A stretch of DNA of 64,000 nucleotides from Adineta vaga (lineage: Eukaryota; Animalia; Rotifera), in contig CP075493.1 of assembly GCA_021613535.1 (NCBI GenBank), forward strand, positions 5,890,001 to 5,954,000, in the 5' to 3' direction. Both the position numbers and the translations under genes were made by a program. Numbering within the stretch: the first letter of the stretch is position 1; each line of letters begins with the position of its first letter. The notes beneath the pieces are model-generated. The model worked only from the letters and a program-made list of their open reading frames with translations. It was not told where the DNA came from and searched no databases. This document shows, piece after piece, positions 26,050 to 40,551 of the stretch.

Positions 26050-26467
26050 CCATATCGAGGTTTACCGCAAATTTTCTTTGAACAACATGCACTTTTTCCG
26101 GGAAAAGAAAGTTGAATACAAGTGACAACAGCAGCATTACATCGACCGCATGCACCAACTGGAAAACAACAATTACTAAATGATTCTATTGTATAAGATT
26201 AAGATAACATACATGGTTTCAACCAACTTGCCACGTGTTATCAGCTATGTTTTTTTATAGCAAGCATCATGAATATCACACATTTTTCTTTTGGTCCACA
26301 ACTAGAAACAGCTTTGGAGCAAATTTTGTTGGAAGATCACATCCATGTCGATCGCGTTTCTCTCGTCGAATAGGTGTCATATCTTCTGAGTCTTCAACAT
26401 CAGAACATCCAACAAAAACGATCAAAGCAATGGAAATAATAGTTAAAATATGAATCAAGAAATTCAA
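26050..26467 (-). pseudogene. Frameshifted secreted cysteine-rich phospholipase A2-like gene (CCxxHDxCY)
   Basis: Signal peptide and REKR furin site. Across shifting frames it then reads GCDLPTK/ICSKAVSSCGPKEKC/CDIHDACYKK/HS, then TGA TAA, then ASWLKP, a GT-AG intron, and FGACGRCNAAVVTCIQLSFPGKSACCSKKICGKPR. The start codon reads TTG. Confidence 0.6.
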
Positions 26468-28541
26468 TTTTCTAATCGGTAAACTTATTGACTGATATAG
26501 TCCCCCAATAGTACAAGATGAAAAAACATCTATCTATTACTATATAATAGGATTCGATCAGAATAGTGAGAAAAAAACAACAGCTGTATTGAATCTTCAT
26601 TACATTTTAACTCATCTGCTATTTGATCTCATAATGTTTGAATATAATATACATATTTTTTTTTTTTGTATTATTTATGAGCCTATTTTAGAGTGCATTC
26701 GAAATTCAATACAAAAGTTACAACTGTATCTCATCGAGGATTATATTAGATTTAATGTCTTTCAGATTGTAAACAAATGAAAATATGGATGAGATTAATT
26801 GGAATGTAAGTAGTTATTCTTGAAGAAATAATTATCAAGATGATCTACTCACATATCATTAACGAATCACCTAAATGATCATCATTCTACCCATGTTCGA
26901 AAATGATATATATATATATGTATGTATCAATATCGATCTTCTTGCATGATTAGCTTTGTCAATAAATGAAATAGCTAGAAGGAAGATAGTTATATTTTAA
27001 GATAATAAGTATATTGATTGTATCGTAGAATTCATCCGAATAAAGACAACAAATATTTGTAAAGAAACCTTGTAGTTTTCGCACCAATCAAGTAGAATAA
27101 TTATCTTAAATTGAAATGATTTCTTTTTTCAAAAAAAGAAATAATCTATCTATCAAAGAATGTTGGTATATAATAAGTAGATTTCGAAGACAAATAAGAT
27201 CAATCATAGGAATCTTTGATGCATTTAACGAGTTTTTCTTTCTCCTTTTAGGATTGTCAATCACAAGTTCGACAAGATAATATCTTGTTTAATATGTACA
27301 AACAGTTGTTATTGTTTCATTTACAAGAAATGACGACTATCAATCTACTACATACATATACCAAAAAAAGAAAAGGATTTGATCGTTGAAATCTAATCTA
27401 ATCTAAACTTAACTTTTATTATCAGAGAAAAGAAAAATTCATCTTTTCTTTCTCGTTTTATATTGTATATATAACCCTGTTTGAGGTTATCATCTTTCTC
27501 ATTATGTTATATTTTTTTTATTTCTACCAACTGTGCATGTCGACGACGAATCCAAGAAATCATTGATGATAGATCGAATGACTTTGAACTTGCTAACTGT
27601 CATAGTTCACTATAAAAAATGATTAGAAAACGAGTCTAAGAAAACTAACTAGTGAATCTACTTATAGGAAAAAAAAATATACAGACCAAATGCTTAATCA
27701 ATTGCCTTGGTCTATCTTGTTCGTTTTTCCAATTATAACTTCTCATAATTGCATGTGTTATTCGACGTCTCAGATAGAACGCGATCTATCAACAGAATAA
27801 CCTTGACTATATAAATGTTCTTCTCTCATACATTTACTCCTGTTGATTGTACGATAGACATCTAATCTCAATAACATGTATATACATATGCACATCTTGA
27901 GATGAAAAAGAAAAGCTCAGATCTCCAATAAATATAAAGCGTATTCATTATGGAATAAACAATTATTGATTGAATCGAATATGTACATTGTAAATGTAGC
28001 AAATTACATGCAATCATAAATATCCCTTAGGTACGAATCTTTACATCATTCGCTTCTATTCGTAATAAAGAATACACAAGTGTTAAAATATATTCTTTAA
28101 AAACAAACGAATTGTACAAATCGTGTTTCTTTGATTGATTCTCTCTAATAAATGACAGATCATTTTGTCTTCTCATCTCCTTTACTCGACTGTAGGAGCA
28201 ATAAAAGACGAACGAGGGAAAGAAAACGAGAGTATAAAAAGTCTAGCATACTGTTCTCAATCGACACAGCAACCGTTTTCCTAAGCTTATTTATCATTCT
28301 TAGATATACGCCTGCTCCGTCAATGTTTCTCCTTTTCTCCCCCTCTCCCTCTCTCTCGTTCTTGCGTTTCGTATACATATCATCTATTAGGTATACATAA
28401 TGATAGGAAAAAAAGCCAAGAAAGAGAAAATCGATTCTTTTTTGCTTTCTGATTAGAATTATATAAGAACAGGAAATGCTGGTGTATGTCGAATGAAATA
28501 TTTGCATTCTAATTGAAAACAAAAATTATCAAGTTCAATGA

Positions 28542-31500
28542 ATGAGCGGTGAGAAGAAACGTTCTCGATGGCGTCGTGCTTTACCATTACGTGAAGAAAA
28601 ACGTCAAATCAATTCTAAATCTTCTACAACAACAACAAAAACACAAGAAGAAAAACATTCGGAAAATATTCGACGTAAATGGTATAAAAAATCGAAGGAT
28701 AACAATGATGATATTGATAATAATGATGACGACGATGATATTGATGAAGATATTCGATTATCAATATTGTTACCTCATGAAACAATTTCCGAAAAAATCG
28801 ATCGTGTTATTAGAAAAATTGATGCGTGGACAAATGAAACATCAACAACGAGAACAAGAACAACAACGACTAATCATAATAATACGACAATTAAACAAGA
28901 AACATCTTTCAATCAAACAGCAAAACCATTATTTAATTATGATCAAATTCATCGAAGACAATATCCACCAACTCATTCGAAACCTGCTTATACATCAATA
29001 ATTAATACATTTCGTCGACGTTGTTCATCATCGACATATAGTGATCAATCCATGAATAAAATACAAAAAATATCAACTCATCGACCATATTCAATGACAT
29101 TTATCGATGAACCATTACCGATGACAACTTTACATGATCATAAATCTTTTTATGAAAGACCAGTACAATCAATGAAAACATTTCATCGACAAAGTTCACT
29201 CGAACCGAATCGTTATCAACATTCATATCGATCGATCTATAATTCTTATCAAAATCCTACAACATTCTCATCCATGTATGGATCCGATTTCTTCTATCCG
29301 CCAACGTCCGAACAAGAACAACATGATTATGATAATTTAACATTTACGGAAAATTCCTCTCGTCACCATTACGAACCATTTCCAACAATTCTTCTCGATT
29401 GTCAACGTTGTAATCAAAGTGTCGAACGAACATCATTACGTGATATATCATGTCAAGTACCATCCGATGAAGAAATCTATCAAGCTATTCCAATTCAACA
29501 ACGAAAAACTTCGCGATCCTCACCTGTGTATGTTTCACCACAATCATCACCAAAACTTTGCCATCCACCATTAGCAGATACTCTATTAGCTCCATATCAT
29601 TCACATCGAAAAAATTCACAATCATCGTATGCAAATATACATCATCGTTCAAGATCAGTGCCATCTTCCTCGCCAACATTATCAGCAAATGAAAGTCAAC
29701 TACCATGTTTATTACCTTCATTAAGTCCGTTACCTCTCACTTCAGATTCAAATCTAGAACCGTCAACAAGTACACTCCTTCGTTCGATTAAAACTTCGAT
29801 CTATGCAATGAAAAAACGTCTCAAAGATATTCGACGTTTGTCGGAATGGGTATGTACACATGTTTGTTGTCGATAACAACTATTAATGTGATTAAGAGAG
29901 AGAGAGAGAGAGAGCAAAATATATATATATATATACAGAAATAACTAGATAACAAAAAACGAGGAAAAAACAACAACATCTGTTGCCCAGTTTCTGCACA
30001 CTTGCATCATTATCATTATTTTGTCAAGTCACTCGACATTTTTTAAGAGAGCAACGAAGAAAAAAACCCTTGTCTACAATCGATAATGTTTCATTATTTC
30101 TATGCACATCGTTTTATTAAGGTAAAGTATATCTATTTTGATATACTTATTTTTAATTGTATACGTGTATAGACGAAGATAAGTAAGTTTTCCTTTTAGA
30201 AATCTTCATTATGTTAAGTATCTTCGATAAAAATAGTAACATTAAATGATGAAATTAAAACGAGACAGCTCGTTATTATTTCATTGATATATAAATATAT
30301 TAATTTTTTTGGTAGTCAGTTATTATTTATTGTTGAGAACAGGCGAAACCTCGAATTACTTCAACCTGGTGAGTATGCTATTAGATACTCGAACGTCATT
30401 TTTTCCCTAATTATTTTCCAAATGTCAATCGGAAGAATGAATGCCTATTAGATTCCGATTAGTTACTGTTTATAGAATATTTCTATTTAACACATCACAA
30501 ATTATCCATCATTTTTGACAATAACAGGTTAATCTCGTTCATCTACAGCTCATTATCTATTGCCAAAAGGTAGCATGAAAACTTCGTTTTTAGTATTATA
30601 TTTATGAAAATACTTTCACTATAATAACTTACAAAAACGTTTTTTTCTCTCTCTATATATTTATATGTAAACAATCGACAAAGGAAAGTTCCTTAGGGAA
30701 AGAAACTGAATAGGTTAAGAAGAACTAACTGCTGTTGTTTATCTAAGTAAACGATCTTTAACATAATTACAATTGCTATTATTCTAATCAGACTTTTGTT
30801 TTTTTCGCATTGACAATTGAAAGAAAGAAAGAAAGAAAGAAAGAAAACGGAACTTTTGAAATATTGTCTATCGTCATAGGTCTTCTTCTTGGATAAACTT
30901 CTCTTTGAATTCAGCTCATTGAACAGATCGATTAGCACTCTTTGCGTGCTTACTTTTCGATTGAATTAGTTAGATATGCGTGTTTGCGTGTATGTCTTGT
31001 TGATCATCGTCATCATCATTGTCGTCGTTCGTTTTTGTCGATGAAAACCTACTTCAACCGGCGACTCCTTTTGTCTTTGAACAAGAACAAAAACAAGATT
31101 TTTTTAGTCCTAGAAAAGAATGTTTTTCCTCTTTAATTTGTGTATCCCTGTGGCCAGGTTTTCCTTTTTCTTTCATCATTCATCGGAACATAATGACTGT
31201 GACCGAGTCTATGTGCATGTGAGAATAAACAAGCGAGTAAGAGAAAAAAAAATCGATGACAATGGAGAACGAAAGCAAGAGAAAGAAAAAAAAAAGAAAA
31301 CCATGATCAAATAGCACATAGACAGATACTTAGATAGCTGTATAAGCAAAATAACTGAACCATATCTGATTAGAATAACAACGCAAATAATGAGAGAAAA
31401 TTAACTTGAATTGCAAGAGATTTCGTTGTTGATTCTCTTCAATGTATTGTCGTTTAATTAACTGAAAAACAAAAGTTCCTTCAAAAAAAAAACTTTTTAC

Positions 31501-34500
31501 TAACTATGGAAAAAGAAGAAAATATGAAAATATAAATTAAGAATAATCGTTGTGATTAACGTAATGATGTCATTGTTTTGATGATAGGAGTAGGAGTAGT
31601 CGTCGTAGAATGTCGAAGAAGAAAAAAAGAAGGACGACTACTACTACAAACATCAACATCATTGAATCCCGTGCGTCGTCATCGTCGACGACAACGCACA
31701 CACTAACATATGCATTTGCACAAGCGACACTGAGAGAGAGAGAGGGAGAGGGAGAGATAGGAAGGGAGAGAGAGATAGATAGAGAGAGAGAATAGTAGAA
31801 GAGTATTATTTAATAAATAATCGTCGATGCTGATTTCATTTTTTCTCCTTCGCCACACAAAACGTCTTGTAACATACACGAATGTCAAAAATGATGTTCA
31901 CTTGACTGGACAGATAAATAGATAACATTTTAGTTTTTCATTTCCATCAATTTCTCCATCCATATAGATCTTCCATTTTGTCGACGAGAATTTTTTCATT
32001 TCTTCTTGAATCGATCAGATTTGACTTACTAGATAGAATTTCTATCTAATGGAATTCTGGCGTAAATTAAAATTACGATGGGTAATTATTCCTCTTGAAC
32101 TAATCACTAATAAAATCATTGATAGAAAAATTTCTTAAATCTTATGTCATGTTTCATCTTTATTTCTTTTGTCAATTATAGGACTCCAATGTGACAATTG
32201 TCATAGACGATTATACTGCACGTAGCTCACAAGAACTAACTGTAAGTAAAGGACAACATGTACGCATAATTCAAAAGCAACTACTTAACGCACCTGATTG
32301 GTGTCTTATACGTGTCTTAAATGATCAACATCAACAAAATCATTCAAATTTATCTTCATTGGGTGCGTCATCGATAACGATTACAAATACTATACCGGAT
32401 TTATCCTTATCATTACCGTCCAAATACAATGAAGGACTTGTTCCAACAGCAATACTTAAATTAACAAAATCATCTTCAACAAATCTTCAACTACCACCAC
32501 CATTAACTCTTCCAATAATTACAAATAAAACTGATCAAGGTAATTTTAGTCGTGTTTTCTCAAGTGGAATTTACAATTAGTTGGATCATTAGTTTTCTCT
32601 TTAATCAAATCTTGAATAGAATTATTCGACAATCAAACTATTATTCTCTTTGGAGAATAAACAACATTTGAAATTGAGAAATGATCCTATGAGAGATCGA
32701 TTCTAGCATATTAAAACTTCGTTAGCGAGTGGGAGGAAAAAGCCTCACATGCAAGCATAGAAAATTTATTTGACATATATATCGTGATAAAAGCTAAGTT
32801 TATACTCATCGAAAAATGATTGTCCTAGTCATACGCATGTCACTATGTCTAAAAGTTAAAAGAAATGTTCTTCTCTATTTATCTTGTTTTGATTCATTTT
32901 CAAAGTTTATTTAGGATTAAGTTATTTGGAGATGATAATAATAGTCGTATCGAAATAAGAGTGTTATTAAGCAACAAAATTAGCTGTTTGAATTTCCTAT
33001 CATTTCTGAAGATTATATGTTGATGATAGTAGTTAATTGTTTAGAAATGTTCCTAAATCTATCAACGAAATAGAGGGCAAAAGAAAGAATGGTTCTGTAA
33101 CGAAGAGAATTTCTCGTTAATCTTTTTGAGAACAAAAAAGAAGATGCTTCGCTTTCATAAACTCTACGATCAATATACTGTTTATATTCCGGTAGAATTC
33201 ATCGGAGGTTAAATGTAACATAATGATTATCATTGTGTAGAAAATCCAATTGATGAAAGACTTTCTCTTATGATTAAATCTTTGTTGCTAGACTAGCTTT
33301 ATTAGACAATTTTCTCTGCTTCTTTTGATGCAGAAGATAAATTGATTTGTTATTACTGTCTATCTATATCGTCCAATAATCATTGAATTATTTGAATATA
33401 ATTGCACTTTATCGTATGATTAATGATACTCAGACGTTGTTCTAGTTTATTTCGAGAATCTTTCAAATTTTGTCCGAGAACTAGGCAAAAGAAAACCTAC
33501 TATATACATTTCTTCAATATATAACAGAATATACACATAATAATGAAGTATTTTAGTGTCTATTTCAACTGTAAATGTAAGAGATCTTGATTGATCATGC
33601 TTTGAAATTGATTCATTTATAATTTATGAGTAACTTTCACCCGTTCGTAGTTAATAAAGCAAAGTCTTTTTTTCTTCTTCTTCTATAAATATCCAGGCCT
33701 TTTAATGTAATTCTGTGTATTATTGTTAATTCAAATCGATCCTACATTAAACTAAGGTCATGTCAAGTTATATCTGTACAGATAGATTGTATTAGAGAAA
33801 ACACAAATAAAATATTCTTATTTATATATTCTAACTAATGAAAAATTACTTTTACATTCTTTTTTGTTTTGTAATCTAGATGAACTTTCCAGTAAAATCG
33901 ATGAATCACAACATCGATCATCACCTTCATCTAATATTCAACTCAATAAACGCAAATCTAGTTTTCGGTAAATATTTTCTTTCTTCATCAATCAAACAAT
34001 TCATTTATTATTTATTCAAGACGAATTCTTAAAAATCCTGTTCGACGTCTTAGTTTAAAAGATAATAATATGAATAAAGACACGAAATCAGCAAGTCCTA
34101 CATTTATAATGACTACTCCAATAGCTACGTTTTCTGAAGAAAACGATCATAGCACTCCTGTTCATAGACGACCACCATTACCATTTAATTCAACAAATTC
34201 CAGAAAAGTGAAAGTAAGTACACAAAAACAAATCACATTTGAATTGCTTTCTAAACATACTTTGCTTGTCTTATTTGTTTTTTCAAGGCATTTACATTTG
34301 CAAATACAGAAGATTTGACGTCATTTCCTGATACGACGGTATGTTATCTTTTGTTTTCTTCAATGAGATCATTTCCGAGTATGAAGAAATTTGCAATTAG
34401 TTTTTGTGTTCGATTATCTCTAGAAGTAAATGACGAGATTTTTTTTATCCATGCATTTACTTTCATTAGCATAGAAATAACACTTCGCTTTTTCATTTCT

Positions 34501-37500
34501 TCTATCTATTACATAATCTTCTACGCTACATAGATAGATACATTATACATGAACATAGAACGAGAGCAAAAAATAGGATAACAGTAATGTAATGCGTATA
34601 TGTATAGATCTGTTACGTCGTCATCATTCTCATCATATTCTTTCGTATGACTCCTAACTACTGTCCTCATCTTATCGATAGATATACGCCTTCTTTGTAT
34701 AGTAATTTCATCTGAATGATCATTTCTATACATTGAATATAAGTTTTGAAAAAAGAAAAAGATGCCTAGTCTTCCATGGACGAAAAAAAATCGATTAACA
34801 TCATCGAAGAAACAGAATAGTCAAGATAATGTAAGTTTCATCGTTTTTCTTTTGAAAATAATGAAAAAATCTATACAGATCATATTCTCATCGTAAATTA
34901 TACATACATGAGATATTTCAATTCTTATTTTCATTCGATTTTCTCTTAGAATTCTTTGAGTAAATCAATTGATAACGATGGTCTGAATGGTTTTTACAAA
35001 ATGACAGATTCATCTTCATTATTATTATCATCATCATCATCATCATCCAATGTTGTATCAATCATTTCTACAATAGATAATCGAGAAACGGATTGTAGTG
35101 AAATACCACTATCTTTTGATATACAATCACAACTTAAATTATCGAATGCTGAAGATCTTCTTTCTTCAGCAGCTGTAAGTAATCAGATTTTCGTTAGTTC
35201 GATGTCACATCTTTTCTATTCATATAAAGATCAGGTGACGTCAAAGAAAAATAGTAACATGTAGCATCGAACCTCGACTTTTATTAGTAGTACGAGTAAC
35301 AACAAGAGTAGTTGCCCTTTACTGTTTCTTCTTCTTCTTCTTTTTCTTCTTCTTAGTTTTATTTCTATGTATAATATAGTGCTAAACAATGCTGGCCGTT
35401 ATCTCAACACATCCATTATATACTTATGTAAAGAAGGCAACTGTAGGATAGTGTCGTTAATCAGAAGCAAAAACTAGAATTCTTTTAGTATATGTTTGTA
35501 TGTCATCAATGTTCAAATATAAACATACACATTTTTTTTTCGAGGTTCATTAATCATAGTCTTAGAAAGAACAAGAACAAGAAAAAAATCAAGATAATGA
35601 CACAATTGCTTATATCAAGCTAAAGAATAACAACATATTGTCGTTCAGTGTGCGAACGAGAATTTCTTTCGTCATCTAATTGCTTTGCTTGTTGCTGATA
35701 CTTCATTAGTTGGCAACAAGCGAATGTCTGCGCATGATCTAGCTACTCTATGTATGTATGTATATATATATACACACACTAAAATATAAAGAAGAATATA
35801 TGCGTAAGCAAAAAGCAGTAGAGAAACGACAACGAGCGCGTTCGTTTCGGAATAATCGCCGTAATACTATTAGACGACCGAACGAGGCTAAACAACACAG
35901 AGCAAGACGATGGTGCTTGTATTTTCTTTCTTCTTCCTTTTCTTGAGTTTTTTTCCATTTCTCCATTTCTTACTGTCTTGTGTCTACTGTCGACGTCTTT
36001 TATGACATTTTTGTTTAATGGAAAGACAACGACGAGAATTGTGCTAACACTAACAACATCTTTCAGTAATCCGACGTGCACTTTGTTCTTGAGCGTCTGT
36101 CTTTCAACTCAGCAGAAGTCTATTAAATAGAAATAGTCGTCACTACGGAGATCAATACTGTTGTTAGAAAATTGGTCAGTACACTCGCCCTGGATTCATC
36201 ATCCAGAAGCAATAGTGGAGACCTTTCATCACGTTTACGAAAATTGCGTACAGCACCATTAACACCGATTAGTCCAATTGATGATAATTCAGTCATTGCA
36301 CGACTTGTTCAACATGTTGTAAGAATTGAACTGATTTATTTTTCTATAAGCAATAAAAAAATCATGATCTATATATTCATATTTGTTTTTCTATATCTTT
36401 AGGCACCAATCAATGTTGTATCTGCCCTTTCAGCAAGTGATTTTCACATCCCAACTGCCTTTTCAATAAATTCACCACCTGCCGATGAAACTTCATCAAT
36501 GAGTATACCTTCATCATCAACAATAACTGTGATTTCAAATGATAGTCAAAGTGAACCAAACGATGAAATATCTTATAATGATATTGATCAATCGACTCTA
36601 TCGTCATTTACAATAAATGATGAACCAATTGATGATCGAACAAAATATGGTGAAAAAAGAAGGTAAAACAACAACGAAATCATCTGTATCAATATAATAA
36701 ATATAATATTTCATAGGCATAATATTGTTGAATTAATTGAAACAGAAAAAGAATATGTTAAAGATCTAGCTTTAGTTGTCGAAGTAAGGTTGAGATATTG
36801 TATTTTTATATATTATTGATGTCGATTTTCTTCATAGGGTTATATGAATATTCTTGAAAATGATAAAGAAATTAAAAAGCCGGCGGGTTTGACTGGTCGA
36901 GAACGTGTTGTTTTCGGTAATGTACAAAGAATTTATGAATTTCATCGCGAGTAAGTCGAGTGATCTTCTTCGTCATTATATATATATATATATATATATA
37001 TTAATGAATTTTTCTTCTAGCACATTTCTTCCTCAACTTGAACAATGCATTGAAAATCCTAATATTCTCGGTCGATTATTTACCGTGAGTATCGTTCATA
37101 TCGGATATATTGAATTAAATTTTTTTTTTATGTCTTTAGACAAATCGATTTAGTCCATATGTTCGATATTGTGAAAATAAACCACGTTCGGAATATATCG
37201 TTTCGGAACATCATGATTATTTTGAAGTAAGTCTTTGTGTATCAGATAAAAAAAGATCATTAGAAAATGATTCCCTTAAGACAATTAAAACGCATCTGGT
37301 CGAAATAACTGAAAGGAGAAAATGTACTAATGACAAATAGTTATTTATATAACAAGACGGAGAAGAAGAAAAAAAAAACGAATTAGAATCGAAGAAAAGT
37401 CAAAGTCATGATCGTTCGTCGACTTTGCTTTCTTTTTCTTTGTTGAACTATGAAGAAAAATTTCCGCTCAAGACAGAAAAAACAATTTTCAGAAGATTAA

Positions 37501-40009
37501 TTATTCTCTTCAAAAACACGAGTTCTTTCCTTTTTCCGGAAGAAAATTTATGACTTATATTGAATAGAAATAAGCACGAACAGACTCACTCCAGGCCCTA
37601 AATGATTAGAATTCTTCTTCGAATGACAATAAATAGATCAGAATGTGTTGATCAAATTTTACTTCAGGGAAAAATTAGTATCCAGCAGGTTCTTTATTGA
37701 CTTCTATCAATGCTTGAAAAACGAGGGAAAGATAGTTTTCATCTAGTATCAACACAGCGAGACAATCTCGATATAATTAACAACACATGTAATCCAAAGA
37801 AATTGTTTTGATTGAGAAGTTGATACTCTATTACTAAATAGATAAATATGACCTTGTTGTATACTTTATAGGAAGTTCGTAAAAAGCTCGGTCAAAAATT
37901 ACTTGTTTCGGATTTATTAATTAAACCTGTACAACGTATAATGCGTTATCAATTATTATTAAAAGAAATTCTTAAATCAACGGAACGTATGGGAGATGAA
38001 CCACGTGCTATACGTAGTGCACTACAAGTCATGATTGAAGTTCCACAACAAGCGAATGATATGATGAATGTTGGTCGTATAAAAGATCTTCCAACAAATG
38101 TACATCAATTAGGTGAACTGAAATTACAAGATATGCTTTTAGTTAGTGAACCAATTACATCTAAAGATACGAAAGATGCCGAGAAAAAATTGAAAGATCG
38201 ACGAGTATTTCTGTTTCAACAATCCATGATATTTTGTGATGAGATACCTGCAAAAGATAAATATTCAAGTCCAAATTATATCTATAAATATGAACTTAAA
38301 GTAAACAAAGAATCTTTTCGTCTTTCGTTCTAATTGATCGTCTGGTTTTTTTAGATTAATAAATTACAACATAAAGAATTTAAACGTAATAAAGAATTAT
38401 GTCAATTTACATTAGTAGAAGTCGACGCAGGAAATATACGTCGAGTTATTTGTCAATGTAAAGATGATGAACAATATGAATTATGGGTTACTAATGTAAA
38501 TAAGGTGCTTCAACGTCAGATGGATCTTATCATAGGTAATTAATTCAGTCAACGTTGTCGTTTTTTTTTCTCTTCAAGAAAGAAGCTTTTATTAATCGAT
38601 AGAATTAGATACGCGAAGTATTTCTATGAATGTTAATAATTTGACTACTGTTATCGACATTGACGAATTCAATGAGAAAACATCTTGGCTAAGAAGAACT
38701 CATCTATCATACATTTGTGCTTATTATTTTCTCATCTGAAAATGTTCTATTAGACAGAAATTAATGTTTGTTTTCTTCGTTTTCTTTTCTAGCTCTAACT
38801 AATCCAACAGCTGCTCTACAAAAAGAGTAAGTATCCGGATAATCTTCTACATCTAATTAGTATATTCTCTTCTCTTCCACTAGTCCTCGTTCTAAATAAA
38901 AGATAATTATAAATATTAAAAAAAAAACAACTCATACTAAAAGTACATATAAATAGACCACAAAGAAAAGAAAGCAGAAAAAGTTCCATCGATTGAGTAA
39001 GATCAATGAATGAAAACTTTCGTTTGTTTCTGTGTATATTATATTATTTAAATTCATTGCATCATTATTATATCCAAGCTTGTGAATTTTGTTTCGCATG
39101 TGTTGATTTCTTTTCTTTTCTTTTTTGTCTTTAAAAGCTACCTATCTAGTTTTATGTTGTGTATGTCTAAATATCAATCTTAGGTTATTAACATGGGAAA
39201 TACCTGAATGGAGACAATCAGGTCGTCGACAATTTACATCGAATGATGCTCCTGTTATTGTATCATCTCATTCGAATATTTGAAATGAATATAGTTTTTG
39301 AAGAAGAAAAAAAGCAAGGATAAGATAGATTAATAGCTCGCTTTTGTGCCATTAAAAACTGAGCTTTGATATGCGCTGCTCAATTATTCTAATCATTAAA
39401 ATAACGAATTGTTTATTTTTTTCCTTTGTTTTGATAATAGTTTTATTTTTTCATTTTAGGCAAGATTCGCCCATGTTATTGTTTACACCTTCACCTCGAA
39501 ATCCAATGAAAAAGTCCATGTCTGATCGTTCAAGTACATTTTCTGAAACATCAACTTCATTGAATATAAGAAAACCTATAGAAAATCCTCCAAAGAAAAC
39601 TTCTCTATCATTTAATTTATTTGATTCGATTCTATCACGTACAATATCAAAACCTTTAGCCATACATACGACAAAGAAAAAATCACCAACAAATTCACCA
39701 TCAACATCATGTCCACAAACATCGATAGAAATGCCTGAACAAGTTCGATGTACATGTAATTATAATGCAATTAAAGATGATGAAATCTGTGTACATAAAG
39801 GAGATTATGTTCAAATTATAACGACTAGTCAAGATAATCGATACTTTGTTCGTCATCAAATTCATCGAACATCATCAAGTATTCAAGGTTGGTTACCAGC
39901 TTTCGTTCTTGGACGTAAAAATCCTCATACAAATTTGACGAATACAAATCTTTCTCCAGGAGCATTACCATGTTCATCTCGTTCTGCGAATAGTCTTAAT
40001 AATGTATGA
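28542..40009 (+). CDS. Trio/Kalirin/UNC-73 GEF2-type RhoGEF (SH3-DH-PH-SH3) with alternative first and last exons
   Basis: SH3: VIDDYTARSSQELTVSKGQHV...WCLIR...EGLVP. DH: ELIETEKEYVKDL...FGNVQRIYEFH...YCENKPRSEYIV...DLLIKPVQRIMRYQLLLKEILK. PH: GELKLQD...RRVFLFQQSMIF. After the PH comes ALTNPTAALQ, similar to the Gq-binding ALxxPI helix of Trio/p63RhoGEF. Second SH3: NYNAIKDDEICVHKGDYVQI...QGWLP. Confidence 0.88.
31731..31791. repeat. Imperfect (GA)n microsatellite upstream of an alternative RhoGEF first exon
   Basis: gagagagagagagggagagggagagataggaagggagagagagatagatagagagagaga is seen directly. Confidence 0.8.
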
Positions 40010-40551
40010 AAAAAATGTGTTTACATAACACGGAAACGAATCTTTCTACTTACGCAGCAATCAAATCTATTCTCTCTCTCTCTCTCTCTTTCTTTTCGCA
40101 ATTGATTTTTCCTGTGTGTGTGTGTGTGTGTTTGTCTATGTGTACTTTTTTTTGTCATTTTGCAAAAAAAAACAACGATGTATATGGATGTCATTGTGTG
40201 TGGTTTTCTTTTTCTTTTCATCGCTCCGTACTCTTTAACACAGCTCATACAAATCTGTTGTTTGATTTCTCTGTTATTTTTGTTCCGACTAAATTTCAAT
40301 GATGATCGATTAAAATATAAGATTGAATGAAAACAAACGAACGAGATTTCATGACCTTGATATATCCAGGCAAAAACGAATGATATCAATTCATACATTT
40401 GTTTTTCTTATCCTATAGACTTTTGATATACATGTATACATATATCAAATCATCATCGTCGTCGACCTCGATTTGATTATCAGATAAAAATCATTCGTTC
40501 GAGTCGAAAAACGATAGTATATCGAATTTAGATATTTTAGATAACGTCATC

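Noticed and set aside
26240-26250. In-frame TGA at an expected Cys position in the PLA2-like gene (possible selenocysteine)
   Set aside because: It is immediately followed by TAA and surrounded by frameshifts, and no SECIS was recognised. Decay or sequencing error is simpler.
28549-29721. Alternative-frame and antisense ORFs overlapping the large RhoGEF first exon
   Set aside because: These are shadow ORFs caused by biased codon usage of the real frame.
30693-31888. Overlapping short ORFs in the first RhoGEF intron (e.g. MSSFVFVDENLLQ...)
   Set aside because: They are repeat-derived, or their donor is out of phase with the SH3 exon. More likely promoter or UTR sequence.
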